A stretch of DNA of 62,174 nucleotides, filler included, from Diploschistes diacapsis (lineage: Eukaryota): assembly GCA_023645945.1 (NCBI GenBank). It is 8 parts of 8 records of this genome, joined end to end, with 100 filler letters (N's around TTAATTAATTAA, not from the genome) between each part and the next. Parts side by side here need not be neighbours in the genome. Positions count along the whole stretch, not along the records: positions 9,996 to 14,878 come from JALAIB010001639.1; positions 14,979 to 42,263 come from JALAIB010000164.1; 6 more parts are not named here. One strand, written 5' to 3'. Shown piece after piece: positions 12,045 through 24,474 of the stretch. Both the position numbers and the translations under genes were made by a program. The notes below the pieces were generated by a model. The model was given only the letters and a program-made list of their open reading frames with translations. It did not search any database and was not told the origin of the DNA. Position 1 is the stretch's first letter. Each line of letters starts with the position of its first letter.

Positions 12045-12796
12045 TTGTGGTTAGTCTTTTGGCTCAGTGGGATAGTTACTACCTATTAGGCACTAACCCC
12101 CGCTGTTACAAATAACTTATTATTTAATTATAATGATTATAAGGATCATTATTAAAATATATATTTAGAAATATTAAAATAAAAAGATTACATAGAAAAC
12201 ATAAAAATATAACGTAAAACAACGATTAATTTAGTTTAATTCAATTTGATTCAGTCAGTCAGTAATTTTAGATTTTTAAAAATCAATTAATCACCTTCAC
12301 CGCACCTTTCGGAGTTAATTTCTTATCTACGGTTTTTTATATGCCCTAATCACATTAATATATAAAATAGAGCCCTGCGCTTCGCTCAGGAATCATTAAG
12401 TAAATTATATCAACAAAGCTATAGGGATGCAATCCCAACAAATAGAAAAAAGGAGGGATGTGAGGGTGCAACCCCCCACTAACCTCCCCAATTTTTTAAA
12501 CATTATTTTGGCTTACTTTTTCACCTTCGCTTAGGAACTTGGAAGGCCACGTAGGCGGACATGTGATAATATAATAACCACCCCAATTTCGGAGCCACGA
12601 TGAATGGAACCTTGTGTATACCTCAAGAGTGTGTCTCTTCTTATTGATATCAACCAAGGTGTTTCAAAGTAACAGTTGATTCAACTATGAAAGCGGTCAT
12701 TTTGGGGTTAGGTGAGGCTCCTCGCAGGCGCCGCCACCAATTCTATGTTGCATTCCATGCGATCCTATTATTTCACCTGTCGAGAAAAACTATGCT

Positions 12797-14528
12797 ATGA
12801 TTTATTATTTTCGTTTCCTCCTTAGACATACTTCCTTGCCGAGAAGCTGTAGATTCGTTCATGATTGGTCGCGACACAGCATGCCTCAAATACAGCTGAC
12901 CGTGGAGGAGGAAAAGCTTAGCACGTTGCTCCTAGATGTTTCGGAGTATGCTGGCACCAAGGAGGACCTGACACAGCCGCAGCTTAGGTTCGCTGGTGGC
13001 TGGGTACGCGACAAATTACTGGGCAGCAACAGCCAAGATATCGATATAGCAGTTGACAACATGACAGGCCTGAAATTTGCGCAGCTGCTCAAAGAATTTG
13101 TTACGGAGTCTCCTAAGCGACATGACTATGATGGGAAGACCCTTTCACGGGTATCCGAGATTCCAGCACGTCCAGAACAGAGTAAACACCTTGAAACAGC
13201 TACATTGAAGGTTTTTGGACTTGATGTTGATATTGTGAATCTCCGGAAAGAGACCTATAGCGAGGAAAGTCGCAACCCTCAGATGGAGTTTGGGACGCCT
13301 GAAGAAGACGCTCTGCGGCGTGATGCAACCATTAATGCACTCTTCTACAACTTGCAGAGCCGAATTGTTGAGGACCTGACGGGCCATGGTGTTCAAGACA
13401 TGCAATCCGGAATAATACGGACGCCTCTTCCACCCTACCAGACGTTCAAAGACGATCCACTTCGCGTCCTAAGATGCATACGTTTTGCGAGCAAGCTCGG
13501 CTATACCATCGCTGTTGAGGCGGAATCGGCGATGGGAGACGCAGGTATACAGGAGGCATTACGGTCAAAAATCACGAGGGAGAGAATTGGAGTTGAGGTT
13601 GAGAAAATGCTCAGGGGTATATGTGCATCCGTCTTTGCTGTGGTAGTTTTTTAACCATATTACAGGTCCGCATCCTGAAGTGGCGTTAGGTTACATAGAT
13701 CGCCTTGGGCTTTATAACTCGATTTTTCTTGATCCCTCGCAAAAGAGATCCGTATTTCCCGAAACGGTAGCCTGGTCTAAGGCTTATTCAATCCTTCCAG
13801 CTGTAGTACAAGGGCAGGCATCTCCTGCTTTGAAAGGCTTGGCCTCTACGCTTCTAGCTGCGGAGAATGATATCTTTTTGGCCTGGTTGCTATGTGCTTT
13901 GGCACCTTGGACAACACTGATGACTCCGCGACAGTATACACCCAAAAAGGGACAACCTAAAACCTCGGCTGCGCTTGTTGCTCGGGAAGGCCTCAAGGTA
14001 GACAACAAGAACAAAGACGTTGTCGATAAAGCAGCATCGCGTCTGCCCAGGGTCATCTCCTTGAAGAATTCAGTTATCAAGGCCAGCGACGAGCTAGGCT
14101 CTGCGAAAAGAAAGAGGGAATGTGTTAGCCGAGAAGAGTTAGGTATGCAATTACGTGACTGGGGCGCCTCTTGGCGCAGTAGCGTTGTATTGGCTATGCT
14201 TGTTGAGCTGATGCTGGCAGATCAAACAGAGGGTAGGTCATATTCAATGGGTTCGTTGGGAAGGCTAACATTAGTAGGTTCGGGAAAGGTATTGAAGGAA
14301 TATCATGATTTTGTACTGCACATTCAATATGCGAATCTTTCAGATGCGCACCTAGTGAAGCCAGTTGTAGATGGCAAGCGTTTGATGGAGGAAGTCGGTA
14401 GGAAGCCGGGGCCTTGGCTTACGGGGGCGCTGAGGGCTCTACTCAGATGGCAATTCCGAAACCCAGACTTAGAGGATCCAGCGGAAGGGATTGAAGAGGT
14501 GACGTCAAGATATAAGAATAGCGGATAG
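12797..14528 (+). CDS. CCA1: tRNA nucleotidyltransferase (CCA-adding enzyme, class II); intron 13617-13665 and probable in-frame intron 14233-14277
   Basis: LRFAGGWVRDKLLG..DIDIA, SKHLETAT, DIVNLRKETY, EDALRRDATINALFYN, DDPLRVLRCIRFA, ERIGVEVEKM. Confidence 0.95.
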
Positions 14529-14584
14529 GCACCGATACATTTAGATTGTTATCAGATGTAAATAGCATCACAAATATGCTATTA

Positions 14585-14794
14585 ACGTGTTTCACCACTT
14601 AACGGATCACACCACAAAGCAGCTCACTACATTATAATGTAATTGCGCTAGATAGTTTTAAGCGAGCTTTTGAGCCCCACAACCACACATAAAATTATTT
14701 GTACGAAAGGTGAAAATGTTAAGAAATACATTTTACAAAGGTGCAGGGATTGTGAGCCGCTTTGTGGGGTGGGCCGTTAAGTGGTGAAACACGT
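14585..14794. mobile_element. 210-bp MITE (Fot1/pogo-like, ACGT ends) with ~43-bp TIRs and TA target duplication
   Basis: Left end ACGTGTTTCACCACTTAACGGatCACaCCACAAAGCaGCTCAC; the reverse complement of the right end is ACGTGTTTCACCACTTAACGGccCACcCCACAAAGCgGCTCAC. TA at 14583-84 and 14795-96. Confidence 0.9.
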
Positions 14795-14878
14795 TATTTA
14801 TTTAAATATAGATCAAAGTTATTAACAATTCACCGTGAGCTCGTTATGTTTTCGAATTGTTTTAGACCGGGATGATGT

Positions 14879-14978
14879 NNNNNNNNNNNNNNNNNNNNNN
14901 NNNNNNNNNNNNNNNNNNNNNNTTAATTAATTAANNNNNNNNNNNNNNNNNNNNNNNNNNNNNNNNNNNNNNNNNNNN
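14879..14978. other. Artificial contig linker
   Basis: N44-TTAATTAATTAA-N44. Confidence 0.99.
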
Positions 14979-17900
14979 CCCCTTCCCTCCCCTTCTTCCC
15001 CCCGCATCATCACCATCGGCGGCAGAGGCGGCAGCGGCTTGTCCACGTTCACGTCCGCATTCTCGTCCCCTGGGCCGCCGCCTCTACCGCTTCCTTCGCC
15101 TCCTCCCGAGGACCCGAGCAGCAGCCCCGGCGCGTCGGCGTAGACGCGCAAGGCACTCCCGCCCCCAAGCTCCGACAGGCGGCTGACCTGCCGCTGCGCG
15201 TACCGCGTCGGAGTCTTGGGGTCCGTCTTGTCGAACCTCCTTGCTTTTCTTGGCGTGAAGGAGGTCGTGGCGGGAGCTGCCTCTTGGCGCTTCTGTCGGG
15301 CCAGCGCGGCACGCAGGGCGCTGGCTCGGGTCTGCTTGATCTCGGGGACCTTGGCTGCTGGCCTTTTGCCTTTGTGCTTGACGTCGGGAGTCGAGGCCGG
15401 GCGAGCGTTGCGGCGTGATGGGAGCGGAGGGATTTTCATGGCGTCCGTTGAGCTCGGCGCCGGCGAGGAGGCGGGGTCGGGCGTCGACTTGGGCTGCTCT
15501 GCTTGGCCGTCTGGCTGCCGTTCGATGGAGCGCGCTGTCGCGGTTGCCCGAGCTGGCTCTGGAATTCCGAAGCGGGGACTCGGCTTTGTACGAGGCGAAG
15601 GTGTCGGGGTCCGCTCCAGAATCGAGGCTTGTTGTCCGCTGGGCAATACAGGCGAGAAGAGGTATGTTGGGGACCTTGGGCTCTCGATGCGGCCTCTTCC
15701 AACGATCCGTTCCAAATCTTGCACGGCTCGGAGAGAAGGCACGGGCGGAAGGTCGGAGGGGGTGTCGAAAGGCTCGTAAAATGGCTGTCTGGCAGTCGGA
15801 GCTGCTGCTCGAGAAGGCGTGCCGGACCGTTTGTGAGCTGGCTGACGAGAGGGTAGAGGCGCTCCTTGTGATGGTGTCGGTGATGGGACAGAGAAAGGGG
15901 AGACTGTTTCAAAACGACAAATACTTGACTGGCGTTGATGCACTTGAGGAGACACTTGAGTCGGGATGCGGAGGGGTTGAGGGGTGGAGAAGTTTTCTGG
16001 GCTAGCAATGCGTCTGGTAGGTACTGTGACTGTCGGCGAGGCGAACGGGGCGGATGCTAACGGGGTGGACGTGAACGGGGCGGTTGTCGGGGGCGTGTTC
16101 ACCGGCGGTTGCACTTCAGACGGGGACTCTGAAAATTGTGCGGGACCGAGCCATGTTGTTTCCTGATCATCCCGCGCTTGGAAAGACGGTCTGGAGCCTT
16201 CGTCGTCTTCGTAACGAGGATCGAAAGGGGTAGACGAGCTGACGAGAGTGCCTCTGTTAATGCGTCTATTCTCCGAAGTGGTACCTGCCAACGGCCTTCG
16301 CGTACTGAATCCGATCCTTGATGACCACGACGAATTTTCAGAGGGACGACGGGTGCTACGCAGCGTGAGCTGAGACGCCTTGGACGCGAGTCTCTTCGAA
16401 ATATTAGCGGCCTGGGATCGGAGGGAGAAGGCCTTCTTGTGCTTCGGAAGAGGAGGAGCAGAGATAGTGGTCGTAACGCCATAGGTTGAACTGCTCGAAA
16501 CGCCGACTGGTATGCCCTGGGGTATTCCCTGAGGTGTTTCTACAGCACCATGAGAGACTGGAACACGCAGACCACTGGGAATTGCGCCGGCAGCCGATAC
16601 AGCAGGAGAAGGGCGGCGCCGCGTCCTCTCGAGCGGCGGCAGGGCTTGCAGGTCATGAGGGGCTACGTTGGCACGCGACGCGTCATATGATATAGCAGGA
16701 GACTGGTGAGGCCGAGTCCTTTCCCGCGGCAGTAGCGTTTGCAGGTGGTCATCAGGTGAACGGCGCGGAATAGGCGGCGATGTCGTCGTCGTCGCTCTGG
16801 GAGTATCGGCGACGTGTGACTGGAACCGTGATCCAGCGAGCCATGCCCCCGCTCCTCTCTCGTCGGAGAGCTTCTGGGCGAGACCATGCTGCCTCTGCTC
16901 TCTGGGACGCTGCAGAACGGGGAGGCGAGTGTTCGTGCCGCTGCTGCTGGCGGTGGCGGTGGCGGTACCGGAGCCGGATATCGAGGCGAGGTTCGATCTG
17001 GCGCCAATGCGGCGGACAGACGGGCCCTACGTTACTGTTAGCTTCTGCTGTTGAAGGGGTGCTGCTCAACGGTGACAGAGCACGGGGCATGAGTGGGCGT
17101 TCCCGCTGGCTCAAGCTTTGTCCCGCGGTAGATGAAAGCAAGTGAAGTTGAGGCATTGCTCTACACTGGTGAAGACAAAGGAGCGGTCTCGGCATACCTG
17201 TGCATGTTGCGCTATATTTTGAGAAAGAGTACCTGTTGGTCGAAATGAGCGGTCTTGAGATACCTGTGCTTCTTGCACTTTGCTCTGAGGAGGGACGTCG
17301 ACAGGGCGATTCGAGCGGTCTTCGGGCAGCTGTGTGCGCTGTTCTGCACTCCGGGAAGGAACTTCGACTGGGCGAATTGAGCGGTCTTGAGATATCTGTG
17401 TTTCTTGCACTCCAACTTGAGAAGAAACATCGCCAGGGCGAAGAGGACGGTCCCGAGTTGCCTCTGCTCGCTGAACTATACTATGAAAGGTACCACCGGT
17501 GGGACGAACGGAATGGCCTTGGGAAAGCTGCGTATGCTGTGCTGCACTTCGAGAAGAAACACCTGCGGGACGGGCAGGACGGGCAGGACTGCGGATCGGA
17601 ATTGAGGGAGGGAAACGGGCAGGACTGCGCGCCGGAAGTGAGGGAGGAGACTATGTTGCTGTCAGCACTTGTTTTTTTGGGGGAACTAGAGGGGTAAAGA
17701 AGCAATTCCACTACTCCTCAAACGGTCTTGGAATACCTGATCATTCTGCACTGCACTTTCAGAAGGAACACCAGCTGGGCGAGCCGAGCGGGCGAGATTA
17801 CGGGCCGGAATCGAGGGAGAAGACTGTGTTGCTGTCAGCATTTGCTTGAGATGAGAGCGAGAGGGACAAAGAAGCGCTTCTATTGCGCTCAGGTGTTCCT

Positions 17901-18309
17901 TGTGCAGGAGGAAAGGAGAAGGAACAAGAAGGGGAACATTCGGAGGCAGAGGATGAGGAAAGAATTGGCCGTATATTTGCGCCAACTCAGGGGAAGGAAG
18001 TGCATCTACCGCCACGAAGGCGTGTCTTTGCATAGCTGAGGGATGGGAGAATTGCATGGGAGGAAGGGTCTCTTTGAACTACTGCCGAGTGCAAATACAG
18101 CAGCACAAGGCGTTTCCACATACCTGATCTGGTCTCGCGATTGCTCTAGACGACGCAGTCGCACGCATGTATCCGGGCAGCGGGCGGGCAGAGGGGTTGT
18201 CATTCGAGCTCACATCCGAGGGTCGACGCGGGCGATTAGGACCAGGTTCGGGGGAGGGAGTACGCGACGGTGGTGGCGGAGAAGCAGGACGAGCCCAGGG
18301 CCGGTTCAT
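14979..18309 (-). CDS. Long Pro/Ser/Arg-rich disordered hypothetical protein, 3'-truncated; predicted exons 18309-18124, 17823-17737, 17650-17198, 17026-contig end
   Basis: Three phase-0 CAG|GTAT..GCTRAC..YAG introns join four open frames into one frame of about 920 codons. Basic motifs PGYMRATASS and KQTRASALRA; internal QxSQDRSxRP repeats. Confidence 0.55.
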
Positions 18310-20912
18310 TGTGAGTAGGCGAAAAGAGACTGAGCGGTGGGATGGATGGGGTTTTTCTAATCAGAAATGAGAAGAGAAGGACTGGAATTTGTGCTTGGGA
18401 CGAGGCGGCAGAGACGGCGAGCGTCAGGATAACACGATGTCAGCGACACCAGAGATCCGAACAGGAGTGATATGCCGATATGACGGAGGATGCAGGCGAA
18501 GGCGAAGGCAAGAGACTACACCGCGAGAAGAACGCGAAGCAGCGCGAAGGGAGAATCGGGGCAAGACGAGGCGAGGAGCGTGACAGATTGGTATAGCATG
18601 TCTATTAACTGCCAGTTACTAACTCTATCTACCGTCCCATCTAATCATAGCATATGAGCCTACACACGCAGCGGGAGACAAAGCCAGGAGAGTCTGGAAG
18701 GACGAGATGTGATGAGGTGTGAGAGAGCGCACGCGAGAAAGGAACGGCTGGGTGTTAGAGGTGGTGGAGATGGACCTTGGTGTTAGAAACCGGAGATAGG
18801 AGGAAACCCGCTGAGACGGGCGTGATATAAAAGAAGGGCCTTCTGGGCGAGAGGAACTGTAGGGTGGAACGAAGAGTCGACGAGAGTGCACGCAGCAAGC
18901 AAGAACAAGAACCGACGCAGTAGTTGGAAAAAGGGGTTCAATGCTTCTTCTACGTCGGGCCGCCTGCGGACTGCACATATCTTTAAACGGAACTTGGCAC
19001 TTCAACGGGTTCTATGCTAAGCGCCTTTCTCTCGTCTATTGTTGTGTTCTACTTTCGTTCTCTCCATTTTCTGTGCTTTGCGTTCTTCACATTCTGTCCG
19101 CAAAAGGTTCTCTGTGCATCCTAATCTGCAAGCGGTGTTTTAAGCGAGCAGCAGCGCAGTGCTGCCACAAGCGCAGAAGCAGTGCTGCTGTTGGGGGACC
19201 CCTTGTGTGGTCTGGATCGGATCGAATGGAATCGAACTGCGAAGGGCTTCGGAAGGTAGGATAGGTTAGAGGCGACGGTGATGGGAAATGCCGCACCGGA
19301 CCCGACCAGACTGGAGAGGTTGAGAGTGGTGCACATGGCGGTGGCAGTGGCAGTGGTAGTAGCAGTGTTGGAAATCTGATCTGGGACAAGCCTTGGCCGA
19401 TCATAGTATGATACAGGGAGGCCCATGAGTCTTGGAGCAGGGAAGGAAGGAAGGAAGGGAATCGAGGAGCTGGAGAATCGGGAGCCGGGATCGGAAGGCT
19501 TTGTTTCCCGTTAAGATTTAGAGGATATTGTTGCAGATGGGTGACAAGGGGGAAGCCATAGCTATAGCTATAGCCAAGCAGGGAGGCAAGCAATATCAGA
19601 ACCGTAGCCAGAGACACAGCCGAGGGCTTCGCAGGAGATCTCAACAGAGCTTTGAACACACGAGGCGGCAGAAGCTACGCCTGGTACACACACCCACGGG
19701 CGCCATCTATCCCGTAGATCTCCTTCCTATATACCATTTCGCATTGCAGGACCAACGCAGTAGCAGCAGCGGCGCCAGGCCTCACCCCCTCCGATCTTCA
19801 CATAAGACCCGCGCACCCACACCCCATATCGCAAACCAGTCCGTGTGTGGTGTGCAGCATGATAAGACGGCCAGTCAGAAGTTGGAAAATAGCACACACG
19901 TAAACCCCTCTACCGCACAAAATCAATTACACCAAAGAGAACTTCCATACCAGTACGCCGGGGGGGCACGTTTGTCACAAAGCCATCATCCTCATCCTCA
20001 TCCTCATCCTCAAGTCTCGAGGGCCATGGACGACGAGAGCCACAGCTCCACAAGCCACTACCTACCATCATCAACACTAAACAATCACCGACCAGCGAAC
20101 CAGGAAACCGCACTCCGGCCCCCCCCGGGCCCCCCGCCTTTCCTTCAAGCAAGCAGGAAGTAGAGGCAGAGCGAGCTCGATCGTGCGGGAAACGAGAGAA
20201 GCTTATGGGCGTTTGGGTGCAGGGCGGGCAAGCTACGGAAATGATATGGGGGCCCCCGGTGCGGATACATGGAACGGAAGGTATGGAGCAGGGGTGTATG
20301 CGTGAAACGAAGCGAGATGTGTGTGATTGCGGGTGGAGATAGGACGGGAGTGGCTGCCCCCCGTTTGCGTCCGGCGGTGGCGGTGAGGTTGGAGGAGAGA
20401 GGGGAAGATATGAAGAGAAGAAGAGGAGAGAAAGGAAGAGAGTGAGAATGAGAGAAGGGGGGAAGGAAAACGGAAGGGAAAGAGAAAGAGAGTAGAGGGA
20501 GAATTTACCTCTCGTCTTCCCGGTCTTGTCTTCATAACCGACAGCCTTCAAGTTCTCTCTCCTCTGGTGGCATACATGTTCAACATCCAATCCGTCTATT
20601 CCCAACACAGCTGTAGTCCTAGTCTATAACAAGCCCGACAGCACAAATACACGCACGGAGCAGCACCTCGTTCCTCACGCTAAGCTTAAGCTCAAGGCCA
20701 AAAGCCAATTCGCCTGGTCCGAATCCCACCTCGTGCCACGCCTTATACTCCAAGACAAGCCGAGCCAAGCCAAGCGAATGCACCCAAGCGCCAAAGTCAT
20801 TCACCATGGTATATCGTCCCTGTCCAATCCAGTGACGTCCGTTTGAAAACGCCTCGCTAAAGATCGCATCGCACACAAGCTACACGGCCCCAACCGTCCA
20901 TGAACAGATGGC

Positions 20913-22965
20913 CTACGCCTGTTCTTCGTGAGTCAGCTCCTTGGTCTGCTCCGATACAACGTTCTCCTGGTCTCGCTCCTTGATGCCCTGGGCTTTGTCG
21001 GCGGCGGCGGCTTCGGTAGGAGCGTCGGGCTGAGCGTCCTCCATTGCCTGGTCTTCGTCGGGTAGGGCGGTAGTGGCGGAGCCAGGAGCGATGGCAGCGG
21101 CATCGGTTGCGGCCGGGGCGTTGGAACCTGGTGGTTGAGGCGGCGATTCGGGTGGGGTAACGGCCTGTGGGCCCTCGGTAGCGGTGGCATTCGTGGTGGC
21201 TGGAGCAGGTTCGTCGGCCATTTCCACGTCACCATCATCCGCGAGGGCTACTGCTGGCGAGGGTTGGCTCGATGGGGGCGTTGGAGAGCCGTGGCTGGAC
21301 TTTGCTTCGTGCGCGTCTCCGTTTGTGCCCGGAGCTGTCGAGGCGCCGATTGCGGCGTTGGCAATAATTTCTTCGTCGTCAGGGACGGCATTAGGATTCC
21401 GAAAGTCCATGATGTTCCGCCTCCTTGACGGCCTTACTCTCTTGACGCCGTTGCGGTCGTTGGCTTCTTCGTCTTCGCTTTCGCTGAGCTCGCCCTCCTT
21501 CTCGGTATGCAAGTCCCAGCGGTGGACAGTGTGTCTGGTATCTGGGTTCTCGTCTTCGTCTGCGTCGTCGAGCATGGCATCTGCTTCGTCGTCCATTCCC
21601 TGCGGGTCGGGCGGAATGTCCGTCATCGGCACTGATGGCTTGTGCATGGTACGGCGGATGTTATCAATGACCTGATTCTTGATCTTCTCCAGGTACTCTG
21701 CAGTATTGGCGTTGTCCATGTTGGAAGGACGGACGGCTAGCTCATAGTCGGGCCCGTAGTATTCGTAGTATTCGTTGTAGGGAAGACCGGGTCCCACGTT
21801 TTTGTTCACCAATAGACCAGTCTCGTAAGCCCAGGTCCTGGCAACGTTCCTCATCGTGTATCCACCGCCACCCAGGATCAGTGTTGGAAGGTCGAACGAC
21901 TTGACAAAGTCGACACAGTTGGCATGCCCATTCATGCTAAGGTTGAAGCAGCCCAGGCGGTCGCCGGAGAGACTGTCGCCTCCGCATTGCAATACAACGG
22001 CTTGTGGCTGGTAGTAGTCCATGCAGGCCTGGATAACCGGCTCGAAGATGCCCTTGTACGAGCTGTCATCGATGCCGTCGCGGAGAGGGAAGTTGACGGA
22101 GTAGTGCTTCCCCTGACCGACTCCAATGTCGCGAAGCTCACCAGTACCCGGAAAGAACTCGCCGTACTTGTGAAAGGATACAGTCATGACTCTGTCCGTG
22201 GTGTAGAATGCCTCTTCGACTCCGTCGCCATGATGGACATCAATATCGATGTACAGAACCCTCTCATTGTAGCGTAGAAGTTCGAGAATGCCTAGAACGA
22301 TATCTGTTCTCTTGGTCAGCACGGGCCACACTGGAGCATTCGGGAGTTATACCATTAACATAACAAAAACCGCTAGCTTCGCTCTTCTTTGCATGGTGCA
22401 GGCCACCGGCCCAATTGATGGCAATATTGCATTTTTGGCGATTCAATCTTGCAGCTCCCTCCATTGAACCCCCTCCGCTAATGCCGCAAAATTCGAAAAG
22501 ACCATCAAAGACAGGGCAGTCGTCTCCGACATTGAACCTGCCTTGCTCTTTCGTGTGCTGATCCATGTTGTCTGGCGTGACTTTCTTGAGGAAGTCAATG
22601 TACTCATCGGTATGGAATTGAGTCATCTCGAGGTTGGAAGCCGGTTTGGCGCGCTATGGACGTTAGCCCTCGAACGAGCAAAGGGACATCTCCAACGACC
22701 TGTGACAGGCGCTAGCGTACATATAGGGAGGGAAGCTCGTATACTAGCGGTCAAAGCATGCAGACAAACTCACGTAAATCTCTAAGTGCTTGTACAGCTC
22801 ATAATTCATGATCAAAGCATGCGCCAGCCGGATTCGGTGAGGTTTCATGGGATGTCCAGCGGGGTATGCATAGTTGCCGACGTCTGAATCGTAAAAGTAC
22901 GCGACGGTCTTTTTTGAAGCGTTGGGGTTTGCAAGCGGTGCATCGACTGGAGCGAAGCGCGCCAT
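20913..22965 (-). CDS. RPD3: Class I histone deacetylase Rpd3/RpdA; introns 22773-22654 and 22352-22304
   Basis: [82 protein letters not shown]; acidic fungal C-terminal extension. Confidence 0.97.
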
Positions 22966-24474
22966 TGGAGGCGGTTGAAGGCAATCTGCAAAACCGTTGC
23001 TGCGTTAAATGAAGACAGGTATAGTCCCAGAGGTACAGGACTGTGAGCAGGAAGGCTGGAGCAATTGTGGGAAATACAGTCTCTGAACAGATTTGCGAAG
23101 GCACGGTAAGGCGAGACGAAGTAGAGGAAGAAAGGGTGAATCTAAGGAATTGTGGGCGGAAGAATCAAGTTATGGAGAAGAGAAGAGACCGTCCATATTG
23201 AAAGGAAGAAGCTCGGCCAAGATGTGAAATAAGAAGCTCTAAGGCCCGTGGGTGTCTACGGCTAGCCGCCTTTGGCAATTTTTCAGCCTTCGATGAAGCC
23301 CGCGTACTCTCACTCCATGATCTACATATTCAACTTGGTAGTATCCACCTCTTCTGACTGTTCCATATCTACTTCTCTATCTAATTTATAGATGCAACCC
23401 TTCTCAGCTTCACATGGCTTCTCAGAGGCACAACACTGCCTCGTCGGTACACAGCCATCTGGATGCTCCTTGGAGTCATGTAGGAGCGTTGAATGGCTCC
23501 TTCCAGAGTCAATTACGAGAGGTAATGGGCTGAGAAGTGAGTGGATTTTAACGAGCATCATGGGCATGTGAGAACGCCGTTGATGTTAGCATTCAACATC
23601 ACGGAAGCAACTGAACGACGATCGTCCATACCCTTGCTTCACGGTCAACGGTCAGCTATATGAGGACACAGGAGACAAGCAAGAAATGGAGCAGTAGCAA
23701 CAGGAAGAGCCCATATCTTGTGGAAAGATATTAAAATATAATCCCCGTTTCACCCTCCCCAACAACTGGGTGTGAATCAACGTTAACTTTTGGTGTCCAT
23801 AGAACTTCCCCCTCTTAAAACGCAAAGCGACGGCTGTGCTAGCGTATACAGACACTCAATTGTGGCTTGAGCTCAAGAGAGAGAAAAAGGAGGTCAAAAC
23901 GAGACCTCCCCTTGAGGTTCGCAATAAATGCCAGTCTGTTTCAAGGTACAACTTTGATAGCCAATTAATGTATCTCCAGTATCTCCTGCTCCAATACTGT
24001 TCGTCGCTAGCAAGAAAGCCGGCAACACCTTTGTAGCATAACAGCAAGTTAGAGATGAGGATCGACAAGGCGGTTGTCAAGGCTCGGCGTTGTATCTTTC
24101 CGGCAAGTTCCTCCTCTACAGTATCAAAGCAAGGCTGGGGCTAATATTCTTCCATTATCTTTCTCTTCATTTTGGGGGGGTTACAATGTTCTCTGATTGG
24201 TTGTGCTCAGGCGCCGCACTTGCTTGCACAAGCTGGAAGTTGACTGCCTGATCGCAAGGCTTTCTTAGGCATGGCAGGCAGCACAATGAGCGAATATATA
24301 ATGATTTGATCAGCTCTTTTTAATTCAGCAAGGCCGTCGAGTCTCCGTCCCGTTGAGCTCAAAATTCATTTTTCCTGATGCAACATTTTCTTCTGCCCGA
24401 AGCTTCTCGTTCTGTTCATATTCCTTTTGAACGATTTCCAGTGCATTTCAAGCCGCAAGGCTTCGAGACTCGCT

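Noticed and set aside
19087..20608. 190-232-aa ORFs in the long intergenic region
   Set aside because: Non-ATG starts, low-complexity CT/GA-derived composition, no recognisable domains.
22654..22773. RPD3 intron 1 as a nested (twin) intron
   Set aside because: The internal candidate would be only about 30 nt and no split donor is reconstituted.
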